A DNA stretch of 32,000 nt, from positions 180,001-212,000 of the forward strand of contig DXJG01000004.1 in the NCBI GenBank assembly GCA_019056805.1, in the 5' to 3' direction. The translations under genes and the position numbers were made by a program. Position 1 is the stretch's first letter; every line of letters begins with the position of its first letter. The DNA is from Candidatus Baldrarchaeota archaeon (GTDB lineage Archaea > Asgardarchaeota > Baldrarchaeia > Baldrarchaeales > DXJG01). Positions 1 through 8,872 of the stretch are shown here, in pieces. Under the pieces are notes generated by a model. That model did no database searches, had not been told where the DNA came from, and was given only the letters and a program-made list of their open reading frames with translations.

Positions 1-1874
1 AATGGATCTTCAAATATTAAATCTTCTAATGTTGTACCCCCAGCTGAATATTGCATCTCACCCTTTGGATCTATCAGCGTCCATTCTATTATTCCAGTGG
101 AAGAACCATTTATAGCGAATCTTTCTGTATCAGTAGGGATGTAAAATCTGAATACTTGAAGATTTTCACCTTCAAGTCTCCCAGTTACTTGAAGCGGCGG
201 AGTTCCAAGTAATTTACCAATTACTTCATCTACGGTTAATGTAAAGGTTACGTTATCACCTGCTTGGATGAAAAGCGACCATACCCCATGTTCAGGGCTT
301 CTTATTAAATTAATCTCTGACAGTGAATATTCTTCGCCATAAGGACTTTTAATAGTACAATCAATAGAACCATTTGCATCCAAATTGAGTGGAATTGCTT
401 CAACTCCAGGTGGTACATAGAATTTGAAAATTTCTGTTTCCCCGCTTCTAAGGAAATCTGTAGTAATTACAGGTATCTCGCTAAATTCCTCTATAGATAA
501 TGTTTCAATTTCCATAAAGAACGCTATATTTTGAATATCTCCTGGGTTTTGAGCTATTATTCTGAGCATGTAGATTCCATGTAGAGGTTCGAAAAGAGGC
601 TCTATCAAGGGTAATGTTCCAATGTAATTTCCTAACGGGTCATATAGTTCAATTGAAAAGTCTATTAATTCTTCTGTAAATATGCTTAGTGAAGATACTC
701 CAGGTGGTACATAGAAGTGTAGAATTTTTTCCTCACTGCCCAATAAGTCACCTTCTACTATAAGTTTCTCTTTAAGGAGATCAGTACCTCCAATTAAGTC
801 AGGCGCTGAAACTAAAACTTTTAGAGTAACATTAACTGTCGAATCTGACGCTGTATTGTTTAATAGTACCTGCCATGTTCCTGGCATGGGATCTCTTACT
901 GCAAATTTGACAAAAACTCCACCTATAGTGGTAATTGGAGTATTAGTGGGGTCATACAATATCCATTCCGGATAATCTGTTAAGTTAGCTTCTCCTCCTA
1001 CGATAAGTTGATGAATACCCACTGGAACACTAAAATTAACGGTGACCATGGAATTATTTTCTACGATGATACTGTTATTTTCTAAAATTACATGTTTTTC
1101 AAGAAGTGTATAGTTTTGAATGTTCAACGTGTCATGTGGCACTATGACAACTGGTACACGCCAAGTTTGAGAAACGGGATTTATAACTGTGAAATTTATT
1201 TCTTCAATAATAAGTTCTGAAGTTTTCCACGTTTTTATTAAGAGAGGGAACTCTGCGTGTCCCCTAGGTGGAATTACATCTTTATCTTTGAGTGGTATAC
1301 AAATCTCATTAAGCTCATTAGGCAGTTGAAGTAAAACTGTGAGATTTGTATCTGTTAAACTCTCTACAACAATTTTTACAAGACTTTCTTCATAGCTTAA
1401 ACCTTCGAAGTAGAAATATGGGGGATTAATACGTATTAATGGATTAGATGGCTGAACTATGATAGAATAGTCTATCGTATTAATAATCTCTCCTGATGAA
1501 CTTTCGAAGGTAAAGTTTACCCATCCATGATAGGTAGCAGGTTCTAACGCTGATGTGTTAATTAATATGAAAGCCCAAGTTTCATTGGAGGGCATAAGCC
1601 ATTTAAGAGGATGCGTTGTATTGATAATTTGAGTTATATCAGATCTTTGAACATCAATTTTTTTTAGCCGAATGGTTTCGGTACCATTATTTGTTATGTT
1701 TGCTTTTAAAATGTAATATTCGCCTTTCTGCAATGTTATTCCTACATTGTCTGGTTCGATTACCACAGTATCATTTCCCTGGGCTTTTACAGTTATTTTT
1801 GATTGTAATGGTATTTGAATAAGTATTGTCAGAATTATGATGAGCAGCAAGCAACATACTTTTGTTTTTTGCAT
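1..1874 (-). CDS. Large secreted/cell-surface glycoprotein with Ig-like and tandem PPC-like beta-sandwich repeats (3'-truncated by window edge, >624 aa)
   Basis: Not in ORF track. Hand translation from ATG 1874 (GGTGA SD upstream) is open to position 1. It begins with a signal peptide (MQKTKVCCLLLIIILTILIQIPLQSKITVKAQ) and has many N-x-S/T sequons. Four repeats have the pattern F(Y/S)(V/I)PxG...L(Y/I)DPxG...PxxGxW. Confidence 0.85.
   Translation of the reverse strand, partial: MQKTKVCCLLLIIILTILIQIPLQSKITVKAQGNDTVVIEPDNVGITLQKGEYYILKANITNNGTETIRLKKIDVQRSDITQIINTTHPLKWLMPSNETWAFILINTSALEPATYHGWVNFTFESSSGEIINTIDYSIIVQPSNPLIRINPPYFYFEGLSYEESLVKIVVESLTDTNLTVLLQLPNELNEICIPLKDKDVIPPRGHAEFPLLIKTWKTSELIIEEINFTVINPVSQTWRVPVVIVPHDTLNIQNYTLLEKHVILENNSIIVENNSMVTVNFSVPVGIHQLIVGGEANLTDYPEWILYDPTNTPITTIGGVFVKFAVRDPMPGTWQVLLNNTASDSTVNVTLKVLVSAPDLIGGTDLLKEKLIVEGDLLGSEEKILHFYVPPGVSSLSIFTEELIDFSIELYDPLGNYIGTLPLIEPLFEPLHGIYMLRIIAQNPGDIQNIAFFMEIETLSIEEFSEIPVITTDFLRSGETEIFKFYVPPGVEAIPLNLDANGSIDCTIKSPYGEEYSLSEINLIRSPEHGVWSLFIQAGDNVTFTLTVDEVIGKLLGTPPLQVTGRLEGENLQVFRFYIPTDTERFAINGSSTGIIEWTLIDPKGEMQYSAGGTTLEDLIFEDP
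403..716 (+). repeat. Exact 20-nt direct repeat ACTCCAGGTGGTACATAGAA (403-422 and 697-716), marking intragenic domain duplication
   Basis: Read directly. The spacing is 294 nt (98 codons), and both copies encode FYVPPGV on the minus strand. Confidence 0.9.
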
Positions 1875-1926
1875 TACACATCACCCTAGACCTATATTTG
1901 GTCAGTTTCTTCCTTTCCACAATACA

Positions 1927-1950
1927 TTGTAATAATAATTATTATAACAA
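1927..1950. promoter_or_regulatory. 24-bp near-perfect palindrome TTGTAATAATAATTATTATAACAA, candidate operator
   Basis: 22/24 positions match its own reverse complement. It lies about 53 nt upstream of the surface-protein ATG in a divergent intergenic region. It is AT-rich, so chance is possible. Confidence 0.45.
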
Positions 1951-2216
1951 ATTGTAGTGATAGTAAGTAATATATTTTTTGGATTTGAATAACTTTACAA
2001 AACTAAAGGAACACGTAAAAGAAGTTCTTATTACAAACAAATTTAAACAATGTAAATTCCCGAAGCTTCCTTTAATGATGCATATTTAACATTTTTAATA
2101 TCGGCCAATTTTAACAAATTGATGTCCTGTTTATCTAATTTAGGAGTGTACAACAAGTTATATTAGGCACTGATGTGCTTTAATATTTAATCTTTGTTTG
2201 AATAGAGGAGTTAAAT

Positions 2217-2888
2217 ATGATTCCAGAAGCAGAAGTAGGATTAAAAAGACTTGTGAAACTGGCACCGGAAATCAAGAAACGTTTTCCATGGGTTATAGCG
2301 TTAAAGTTGAGTGGTTCTCTTGGAGATAACCAATATTTTGAAACTAATTTAGATGGTGTACAAATATGTAGCGATTATGATGTTGTTGTTTTAATAGATA
2401 GAATTCCAAGTAGAGAAGAAATAATAGAATTAATTAAACTATTAAAAACTCCATGTCTAAACTCTGACATTGAGAAAAAACTTTTAGAAAACATAGATGT
2501 AAAAATATTTACCACTGCATTCCCTGTACATGGAAAAATGAGAATACCATCAGTTTTTGATAGTAGTGAAACCGTTTGGCGTCATTTAATAGGTGGTAAA
2601 CCTGTTTTTGGAAAAGAAATTTTTGAAAAATATAGCGTAGCTAGTGATGAAAAAATCAGGTGGGCTCTTGTTGAAAGACATAAAAAACGTAAAAAAGCCT
2701 TTGATCTATATGCCCACGCTGGATTTCTTCTTCGTATAGCTAAAATACTTAGGAAAAATGAAGTCGCTAAGGAGATAATTGAAACTGTCAAAAAATACAA
2801 GGATTTTCATACGATATCTGACTGGCAAATAGAAGAATTTAAGAAGAAAATAAAGGAAATAGAAAATAAATTAGACTTCCGACTATAA
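2217..2888 (+). CDS. Pol-beta-superfamily nucleotidyltransferase-domain protein
   Basis: LSGSLG...SDYDVVVL motif (hGS...DhD), a third acidic residue in NIDVKIF, a helical C-terminus and a GAGGAG SD. Confidence 0.7.
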   Translation: MIPEAEVGLKRLVKLAPEIKKRFPWVIALKLSGSLGDNQYFETNLDGVQICSDYDVVVLIDRIPSREEIIELIKLLKTPCLNSDIEKKLLENIDVKIFTTAFPVHGKMRIPSVFDSSETVWRHLIGGKPVFGKEIFEKYSVASDEKIRWALVERHKKRKKAFDLYAHAGFLLRIAKILRKNEVAKEIIETVKKYKDFHTISDWQIEEFKKKIKEIENKLDFRL

Positions 2889-3057
2889 TTTATTAAAACA
2901 ACCAATAGCTTTAAAGTTTGGAATGAAACATTTATGATTAAAAAAATCGATACAATAAACAAAATTTATCTTAAAGTTGAATATATTTCAATAAAAACAC
3001 CACATTAAAACGATAATTGACTCAAAATCAAAAGTATTCCTTGGAGGAAACCCAAAG

Positions 3058-3873
3058 TTGGAGACTATTAAAAACGATATTAACAAATTAGTTAAAGGGT
3101 TACAAGCTTCCCCGTACATAGAAGCTGCTGCGATTTTTGTAAACCAAGGTTATCTTGTTGCTGGCTCTTTACCTCCTGATAGTGATAAAGTTGTACGAGG
3201 TTTTTTATCAATTACCCCTTTAAAAGAGGAGCAAAAAATGACTCTAGAAAGCAGTGAGGGCTCCTTAGGAATAGTTAAAGCAAAAAATCTCACAGCTGCA
3301 CTTCTCGCAAGAAAAGGAACTTCCATAGGACTATTATATGTTGAGTTAAAAAAGGCTTTAGAATCGCTTAAAAGATTTGAAGAAACTCGTCCAGAAATAG
3401 AGAAAATAATCGCCATTAAAGAGAAGGTTAGTCCTCCTTCCATTCCTTCAGAACCGTTGCAACCACCAATACCACCAGAACCAACTCCATTATCGAAACC
3501 TGAACCAGAAGTTATCAAAGAGGAAAAGCCAATTGAAGTTCCTCCCCCACCTCCTCCACCAACAGTGGAGAAAGAAAAATTGACTGTTGAAAAAGTTGAA
3601 GAAGTACCACCAAGCGAAGAAGCCGTAGAAGAGGTAGCCATCACTTGGAACAGCATTCTGAGTAAGAAATTATCCCTTATGGAGTTCTTAGATTTAGTTG
3701 AGAAAAATAAGTTAAACGAAAAATTTGGAAGCTGGCTTGCAGATCTTTTTATGCTCATTGACGGTGAAAAATCGGTTAGAGAACTAGCTAAAGGTATTGC
3801 ACGTAACGAGGGGGAGGTTCTAGAAGCTATAAAATTTTTGATTAGTAAAAAGGCGGTTGAAATAAAAGAGTAA
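3058..3873 (+). CDS. Roadblock/LAMTOR-like N-terminal domain + Pro/Glu-rich linker + C-terminal winged helix
   Basis: The N-terminus follows the roadblock pattern (IEAAAIFVNQGYLVAGSLP...SIGLLYVELKKALESL). The linker has a PPPPPPP tract. The C-terminus LIDGEKSVRELA...EVLEAIKFLISKKAVEI is wHTH-like. GGAGG SD precedes the TTG start. Confidence 0.7.
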   Translation: METIKNDINKLVKGLQASPYIEAAAIFVNQGYLVAGSLPPDSDKVVRGFLSITPLKEEQKMTLESSEGSLGIVKAKNLTAALLARKGTSIGLLYVELKKALESLKRFEETRPEIEKIIAIKEKVSPPSIPSEPLQPPIPPEPTPLSKPEPEVIKEEKPIEVPPPPPPPTVEKEKLTVEKVEEVPPSEEAVEEVAITWNSILSKKLSLMEFLDLVEKNKLNEKFGSWLADLFMLIDGEKSVRELAKGIARNEGEVLEAIKFLISKKAVEIKE

Positions 3874-3886
3874 GAGGGGATTAGGA

Positions 3887-4519
3887 ATGGTATTAAAAGA
3901 AAAATGGATTGATGCTGAAAAGTTTCCTAATACATACCCAGGAGGAATAATGGGAAGAAAAGATGCACGTAAAATCTTTGAACAATATAAAGTGACATTT
4001 GTGCCAAGTCATTTACTTGGTTTTTTAAGCTATAGTTTAACTAGTGTATTTGGAGATATGGAAAGATCGAGAAAAACTCTATACCATATTGGTAGGCAAA
4101 TTGGCAGAATGGTAGAGGAACTTTTAACTTACGGTAAGGTGGAACGTCCAGCTGAAAAGTTCAATGATTTAAATGACGTAATTAGAAATCATATCGGAAA
4201 TCTTAGAGTTGGACTTGAAGCTATTACGGGATTACCCGGTGATAACATTATAATGCGTGTAACTGAGGATCTAAACAAAATTAGAATTAGATTAATAGAA
4301 TGTCCACTTTGTACTTCTCTTAAATCTATGGGTTATAGAGAAGTCATATGGAAGATAAATGAACCTATGTGTGACTTCTACTCTGGACTTTTTGCAGGAT
4401 GGACCGAACATAGTATCAGAAATAATATCGGAGTCGAATGCAAAGAAACACGTTGTCAAATGGCTGATAAACACATTAACTTCTGTGAATTCTTGATTAC
4501 ACTTAAAAGACCAGAGTAA
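3887..4519 (+). CDS. V4R (4-vinyl reductase)-domain protein
   Basis: ECPLC...PMCDFYSGLFAG...KETRC...FCEF is the V4R signature, including C/E/C/C Zn-ligand positions. It starts 13 nt after the upstream stop. Confidence 0.8.
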   Translation: MVLKEKWIDAEKFPNTYPGGIMGRKDARKIFEQYKVTFVPSHLLGFLSYSLTSVFGDMERSRKTLYHIGRQIGRMVEELLTYGKVERPAEKFNDLNDVIRNHIGNLRVGLEAITGLPGDNIIMRVTEDLNKIRIRLIECPLCTSLKSMGYREVIWKINEPMCDFYSGLFAGWTEHSIRNNIGVECKETRCQMADKHINFCEFLITLKRPE

Positions 4520-4579
4520 AAGTCGTAAATTTATACGTATGATGTATGAGACTAATACCTTATTTTAGGTGAGGTCAAA

Positions 4580-5335
4580 TTGAAGAAAATGGAGGTATAC
4601 GGATTAGAAACGATTCCTATAGTCAAAGAAGGAGATAACATTGCCAAATTAATAATTGAAGCAGCTAAAAAAGAAAATGTGGGTATTCAAGATAACGATA
4701 TAATTGTCATTGCCCAAACCATCGTGTCCAGGTCTGAAGGAAGAATAGTTAACTTGAAGGACATCGAACCTAGTCCTTTTGCAAAAATCTTAGCAAATGA
4801 AACTAGAAAAGATCCACGTCTGGTCGAAGTTATTCTAAGGGAAAGTAAAGGCATAGTAAGAATGGGAGGACACCACCTAATAATGGAGACACGTCATGGA
4901 TTTGTTTGCGCTAATAGCGGCGTAGATAGAAGCAATGTTCCAGGTGAGGAAACAGTCTCACTTCTTCCTTTAGATCCCGATGCATCCGCTAGAAAAATAA
5001 GAGATGAAATAAGGCGGCTAACTGGGAAGGAAGTTGCAGTTATTATCAGTGATACCTTTGGTCGACCTTTACGTGAAGGAGCTGTCGGTGTAGCTATTGG
5101 TGTGGCTGGTATCGATCCTCTTTACGATATGAGAGGGAGAAAAGATCTTTTTGGATATGTTTTAGAAACAACACTAGTTGCGATAGCTGATGAGCTTGCT
5201 TCAGCAGCGGAACTTGTTATGGGAGAGTCAAATGAGGGAATTCCTGTAGTTGTAATTAGAGGTTTCAAATATCCTAAGGGTGAATATTCGATTCAAAAAT
5301 TGTTGAGACCAGTAGAAAAAGACTTATTTAGATAA
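4580..5335 (+). CDS. cofE: Coenzyme F420-0:L-glutamate ligase
   Basis: Motifs AQTIVSRSEGR, ANSGVDRSN, DPDASA, VIISDTFGRPLREG and ADELASAAELVMGE. GGTGAGG SD. Confidence 0.95.
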   Translation: MKKMEVYGLETIPIVKEGDNIAKLIIEAAKKENVGIQDNDIIVIAQTIVSRSEGRIVNLKDIEPSPFAKILANETRKDPRLVEVILRESKGIVRMGGHHLIMETRHGFVCANSGVDRSNVPGEETVSLLPLDPDASARKIRDEIRRLTGKEVAVIISDTFGRPLREGAVGVAIGVAGIDPLYDMRGRKDLFGYVLETTLVAIADELASAAELVMGESNEGIPVVVIRGFKYPKGEYSIQKLLRPVEKDLFR

Positions 5336-5455
5336 AAATCAATAAATGAATACTCAAGGGTAAATATTTGTCCTAGATTGAAAATAGAGAATGTATTAGT
5401 GGTGGGACATTTCAAATATTTATGTTAACGGTAAAATCATGTAAGTTGGATTTGG

Positions 5456-5986
5456 GTGTTACGTTTGGAGGAACTTCCTAAAAAAATTAAAGATATGCTC
5501 TGTGAAATTATTCAGCTACTTCACGGGAAATCCGAGGAAAAACTTGAAAAATTTGACGAAATTAAAGAAAAAATATTTGAAGATTATAGTAAATTTGCGG
5601 AATACCTACGTCAAATGGAGCCCATTGTAAAATTTCTAAATAGTCGTTTTGAAGATGCGCTAAAATTTTTCGGTTTTCTAATGGATACAGCCAGCATAGC
5701 CAAAAATTTATCAGATGTAGATGATCCAATACTCCTAAGATTTCTAGTATCATCTCTTTTAGAAAGTCTTCTCCATGTCAATGATGTTGTTTCTGAAAGT
5801 TTCAGACGCTTAGATGAATTAGAAGAATTTGAAGCTATATTAAACAGAATGTTGAGCGACACAAAAAATCTTATGGATCTTTTCCAAGATGTGAAAGAAA
5901 AAATATCGGAACAAGTAGATTATCTTCGAGATAGACTAGAAGAACTTAACGAAAAAATACATGAGGTAAAGACGGAAAGTAAATAA
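5456..5986 (+). CDS. Acidic all-helical hypothetical protein (weak PhoU-like helical-bundle resemblance)
   Basis: Heptad-rich, D/E/K/L-rich composition with no beta character. LMDTASIAKN loosely resembles the PhoU helix-3 motif. The ORF is credible; the family is speculative. Confidence 0.55.
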   Translation: MLRLEELPKKIKDMLCEIIQLLHGKSEEKLEKFDEIKEKIFEDYSKFAEYLRQMEPIVKFLNSRFEDALKFFGFLMDTASIAKNLSDVDDPILLRFLVSSLLESLLHVNDVVSESFRRLDELEEFEAILNRMLSDTKNLMDLFQDVKEKISEQVDYLRDRLEELNEKIHEVKTESK

Positions 5987-6059
5987 GCTGTGTCGTCCCC
6001 TATATTTTTAGCATCAGAGTAAGATTATACCGTTAAGAGCTATAATTAGAGGCCTCAAA

Positions 6060-6515
6060 ATGAAATTGTGGGAGGTAAAGGCGGAGGTAGGAAAGAAAGA
6101 ATATAAATGGCACTTTTGCGACCTAAAATCCATAAGCGAAGGTAAAGTAATCATTCTAAAAGAAGAATGGTTCAACCTTTTCCTTTCATGTGCTAAGAAA
6201 AGAGGCATCCAGTCTTTTACAATTAAAAGTTTAATTAGCCCTGAGGGAAGGGAAGTCTCAGGGCAAAATATACTGTTAATCCTTTTAACTTTTGAAGATT
6301 TGCCGATGGGGTTTTTGATTAAAATATTAAATAGAACAGGAGAACTTATGGCCATATGGCCAAAAGAGTTTGCAGAAGCTGCCCAAAAAGACTTACCGAC
6401 CCTCAAAACACTTATTACAAAAATGTTGATGATTCCAGAAAAACTATCAGATATCGTTATTGGAGCTACAGCCTCTCTCAGGAATTTCAAAGAAGATGTT
6501 GAATATATAACTTAG
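6060..6515 (+). CDS. Hypothetical protein
   Basis: 151 aa with typical K/E-rich composition, co-oriented with its neighbours, ending 10 nt before the next gene. No motif recognised. Confidence 0.6.
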   Translation: MKLWEVKAEVGKKEYKWHFCDLKSISEGKVIILKEEWFNLFLSCAKKRGIQSFTIKSLISPEGREVSGQNILLILLTFEDLPMGFLIKILNRTGELMAIWPKEFAEAAQKDLPTLKTLITKMLMIPEKLSDIVIGATASLRNFKEDVEYIT

Positions 6516-6525
6516 AACTAGAGAG

Positions 6526-8325
6526 GTGAAGCAATTGAATAAAAACAAATTTAAAGTAATATTCTTGATTTTTCTTTTCGGTTTTACATACATGGTGAAT
6601 ATGAGTGTTAATACACTTTTATTTCAACTTCCAAAGCGATACGCACCTATTCCGTCACCAGACACTTTTGAAACAGATTTCTGGAACATTACAAAAGCAG
6701 AAATAGACCCGCTAAATGCAAACATAACAAAAATCGAAGAGAAAAATATCACCTACAACGGAGTAAATAGGAAGATCATTATAAAACACGCAGAGTTTCT
6801 AAGTGAAATTTACGGGGGAGTAAAAGTAAAAATTTACGGATTGTTAATGCAACCTTCAAATATAACAGGTAAAATACCAGCAGTACTGCTACTTCACGGA
6901 TATCAAGGTTCCCATAAATCATTCATTGAAATAATGGAATATTTTGCTTTTCACAATTATATCGTATTGGCTACAGATGCTCCAGGATGCGGATATTCCA
7001 CGAAATTTCCAGAATGTATACCTCAAAACATAGTTAATGGCACCCAAGAACCTCAGGGAGCCTATTTTTACCATGCGATTTGGGCAGCACTAAGAGCTAT
7101 AACATTTCTCCGTAGCTTACCCGAAGTTGATACAACAAGGATAGCTGTTTCCGGCGCCTCAATGGGCGGTATAGAAACCTTCATAATTGCTGCTATAGAT
7201 CCAAGAGTTAGCATCGCTATTCCGATCGTTGCTGCAGGAAATTATGAAAATTTAATTAAAGCAGGAACATTTGCAAATGGTCTAATGCCACCAAACGTAT
7301 CTATAAATGACCAAGGTGCTAGAAACGTTATGAAGTACTTTGACGTCATTGCATATGTTCCTAAAATAAAAATACCCATATTGATGCTCGCAAGTACAAA
7401 CGATGAATTTTTCACTCTAGAATCAATAAACGACACTTTTAACATGATTGGTAGCAGCGACAAGATTTTAAATTTAGCTCCAAATTGGGGACATTTTAAG
7501 GAATATAAAGGTTGGATAGAATCAAGTCTCTCATGGCTTAATTATCACTTTAATAGATCAGATGAGTCACTTCCGAAAATAACTTGTGAATATGAAGTTC
7601 GTAAAGGGCTTTCTACGAAAGTAGTTGTAAAAGCAAGTGTATCAGGGGATTATGATCTTTTTCTCGCTTATAGGCATGGTTCACTTGGTGAAACGTGGAA
7701 AGTTGTTTCGATGGAATTAAAAAATGGTATTTGGACTAAGATAATCTCTTCAAATATTCCGGGAAATCTCATGTTTTATGTGATAGCTAGAAAAGGAGAC
7801 TTACAATTTTCCACAACACCAGTTTATGTGGTAAAAACCATTCCGCCAATATATTTTGTTCCAATAGTACTTTTCTTCGCTGCCCTACTTATAGTTTACA
7901 TGAATATTAAACCATCATTTTCAAGAAGATGTTTAAATTATGTTGCTGGGCTTGTTGCATGGCTCCTTGCAGTTTTATCACTTTATATGCCTTGGATTGC
8001 TATAGGTGACAGAAGTTCGCTAACAATTTGGGAATTAATTGAACGATTCGGCCTAACGTTTGCCATATCTCCATGGATAAGATACACAATTCTTATAGTA
8101 ATTCCGTTGTTTCTAATATTAACTCTTATAAGACCAATATTTGGCTTTATATTCTCCATTCTTTGTTCTTCAGCCTCTATAATGCTTGTCTTCTTCATTA
8201 ATTCAGTTACAAGGGGAGTTATAGCGGTCTCTTTTGATATTGGCTGCTTAATAGCTACAATATCTACATTGACTTACATAGTGATATGGTATTTCGCTAA
8301 AACAAGAGGAGCATCGAAAGATTGA
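6526..8325 (+). CDS. Membrane-anchored extracellular alpha/beta hydrolase (acetyl-xylan esterase/S9-like) with polytopic C-terminus
   Basis: N-terminal TM segment, LLLHGYQG, nucleophile GASMGG in RIAVSGASMGG, acid in STNDEFF and His in NWGH. N-glycosylation sequons and about 5 C-terminal TM helices. Confidence 0.85.
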   Translation: MKQLNKNKFKVIFLIFLFGFTYMVNMSVNTLLFQLPKRYAPIPSPDTFETDFWNITKAEIDPLNANITKIEEKNITYNGVNRKIIIKHAEFLSEIYGGVKVKIYGLLMQPSNITGKIPAVLLLHGYQGSHKSFIEIMEYFAFHNYIVLATDAPGCGYSTKFPECIPQNIVNGTQEPQGAYFYHAIWAALRAITFLRSLPEVDTTRIAVSGASMGGIETFIIAAIDPRVSIAIPIVAAGNYENLIKAGTFANGLMPPNVSINDQGARNVMKYFDVIAYVPKIKIPILMLASTNDEFFTLESINDTFNMIGSSDKILNLAPNWGHFKEYKGWIESSLSWLNYHFNRSDESLPKITCEYEVRKGLSTKVVVKASVSGDYDLFLAYRHGSLGETWKVVSMELKNGIWTKIISSNIPGNLMFYVIARKGDLQFSTTPVYVVKTIPPIYFVPIVLFFAALLIVYMNIKPSFSRRCLNYVAGLVAWLLAVLSLYMPWIAIGDRSSLTIWELIERFGLTFAISPWIRYTILIVIPLFLILTLIRPIFGFIFSILCSSASIMLVFFINSVTRGVIAVSFDIGCLIATISTLTYIVIWYFAKTRGASKD

Positions 8326-8414
8326 GGTCGCATTCATAAGCTTTACCGCATTAAGTGAATTTATATTGAACAACTGCAGTTTAATATTAGGCTAAAACTT
8401 GGAGGTTAAACTGT

Positions 8415-8819
8415 TTGGATGGGTTAGAAGCGAAAATATTAGGATTGTTAAGTTCAGAAAAAGAACCTGAAAAACTTATGGCTGATATTTTGAGGGTTTT
8501 AATGCTTTATAATGGGGTTTTATGGATTTCTGAACTGTACAGGGAAGTACCTATGTTTCATGGTACACTTGGAGAGGAAAGAGTTGAAAACACAGAAGAT
8601 ATCGATAATGCTGTTTCAAAATTAGTAGAAATGGAAATAGTTAAGATGGAGGAAAGGTTGAAAGGTTCATTTGCATCTGAAGGATTTGAAAGAGAACAAT
8701 TGGTATTCGTTATTGATCGAAGTTGCGTTTTGAAAACAATTCAAAAGGACTCCAAATTTAGGAAATTCATAGCTGAGAGGGATAGAATATTTAGAGAAAT
8801 TCTGGGAAAGAAAAAATAA
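8415..8819 (+). CDS. Small winged-helix-like hypothetical protein
   Basis: ADILRVLMLYNGVLWISELY...DIDNAVSKLVEMEIVKMEE fits a wHTH pattern. GGAGG SD before TTG. Confidence 0.55.
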   Translation: MDGLEAKILGLLSSEKEPEKLMADILRVLMLYNGVLWISELYREVPMFHGTLGEERVENTEDIDNAVSKLVEMEIVKMEERLKGSFASEGFEREQLVFVIDRSCVLKTIQKDSKFRKFIAERDRIFREILGKKK

Positions 8820-8872
8820 AGTAAATTTAACATGACAACACGTTTTTCGTAGCTACTCCAGGTTAAACACTG

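Noticed and set aside
2217-2888. MNT-HEPN toxin-antitoxin pair or CBASS operon
   Set aside because: No HEPN gene, RxxxxH motif or recognisable effector gene is next to it.
3150-3758. 202-aa minus-strand Gly/Ser-rich ORF
   Set aside because: It is the antisense shadow of the Pro-rich linker; the poly-Gly mirrors the poly-Pro.
6014-6490. 158-aa minus-strand ORF
   Set aside because: It is the shadow of the + strand ORF 6060-6515, which has better composition and fits the operon.
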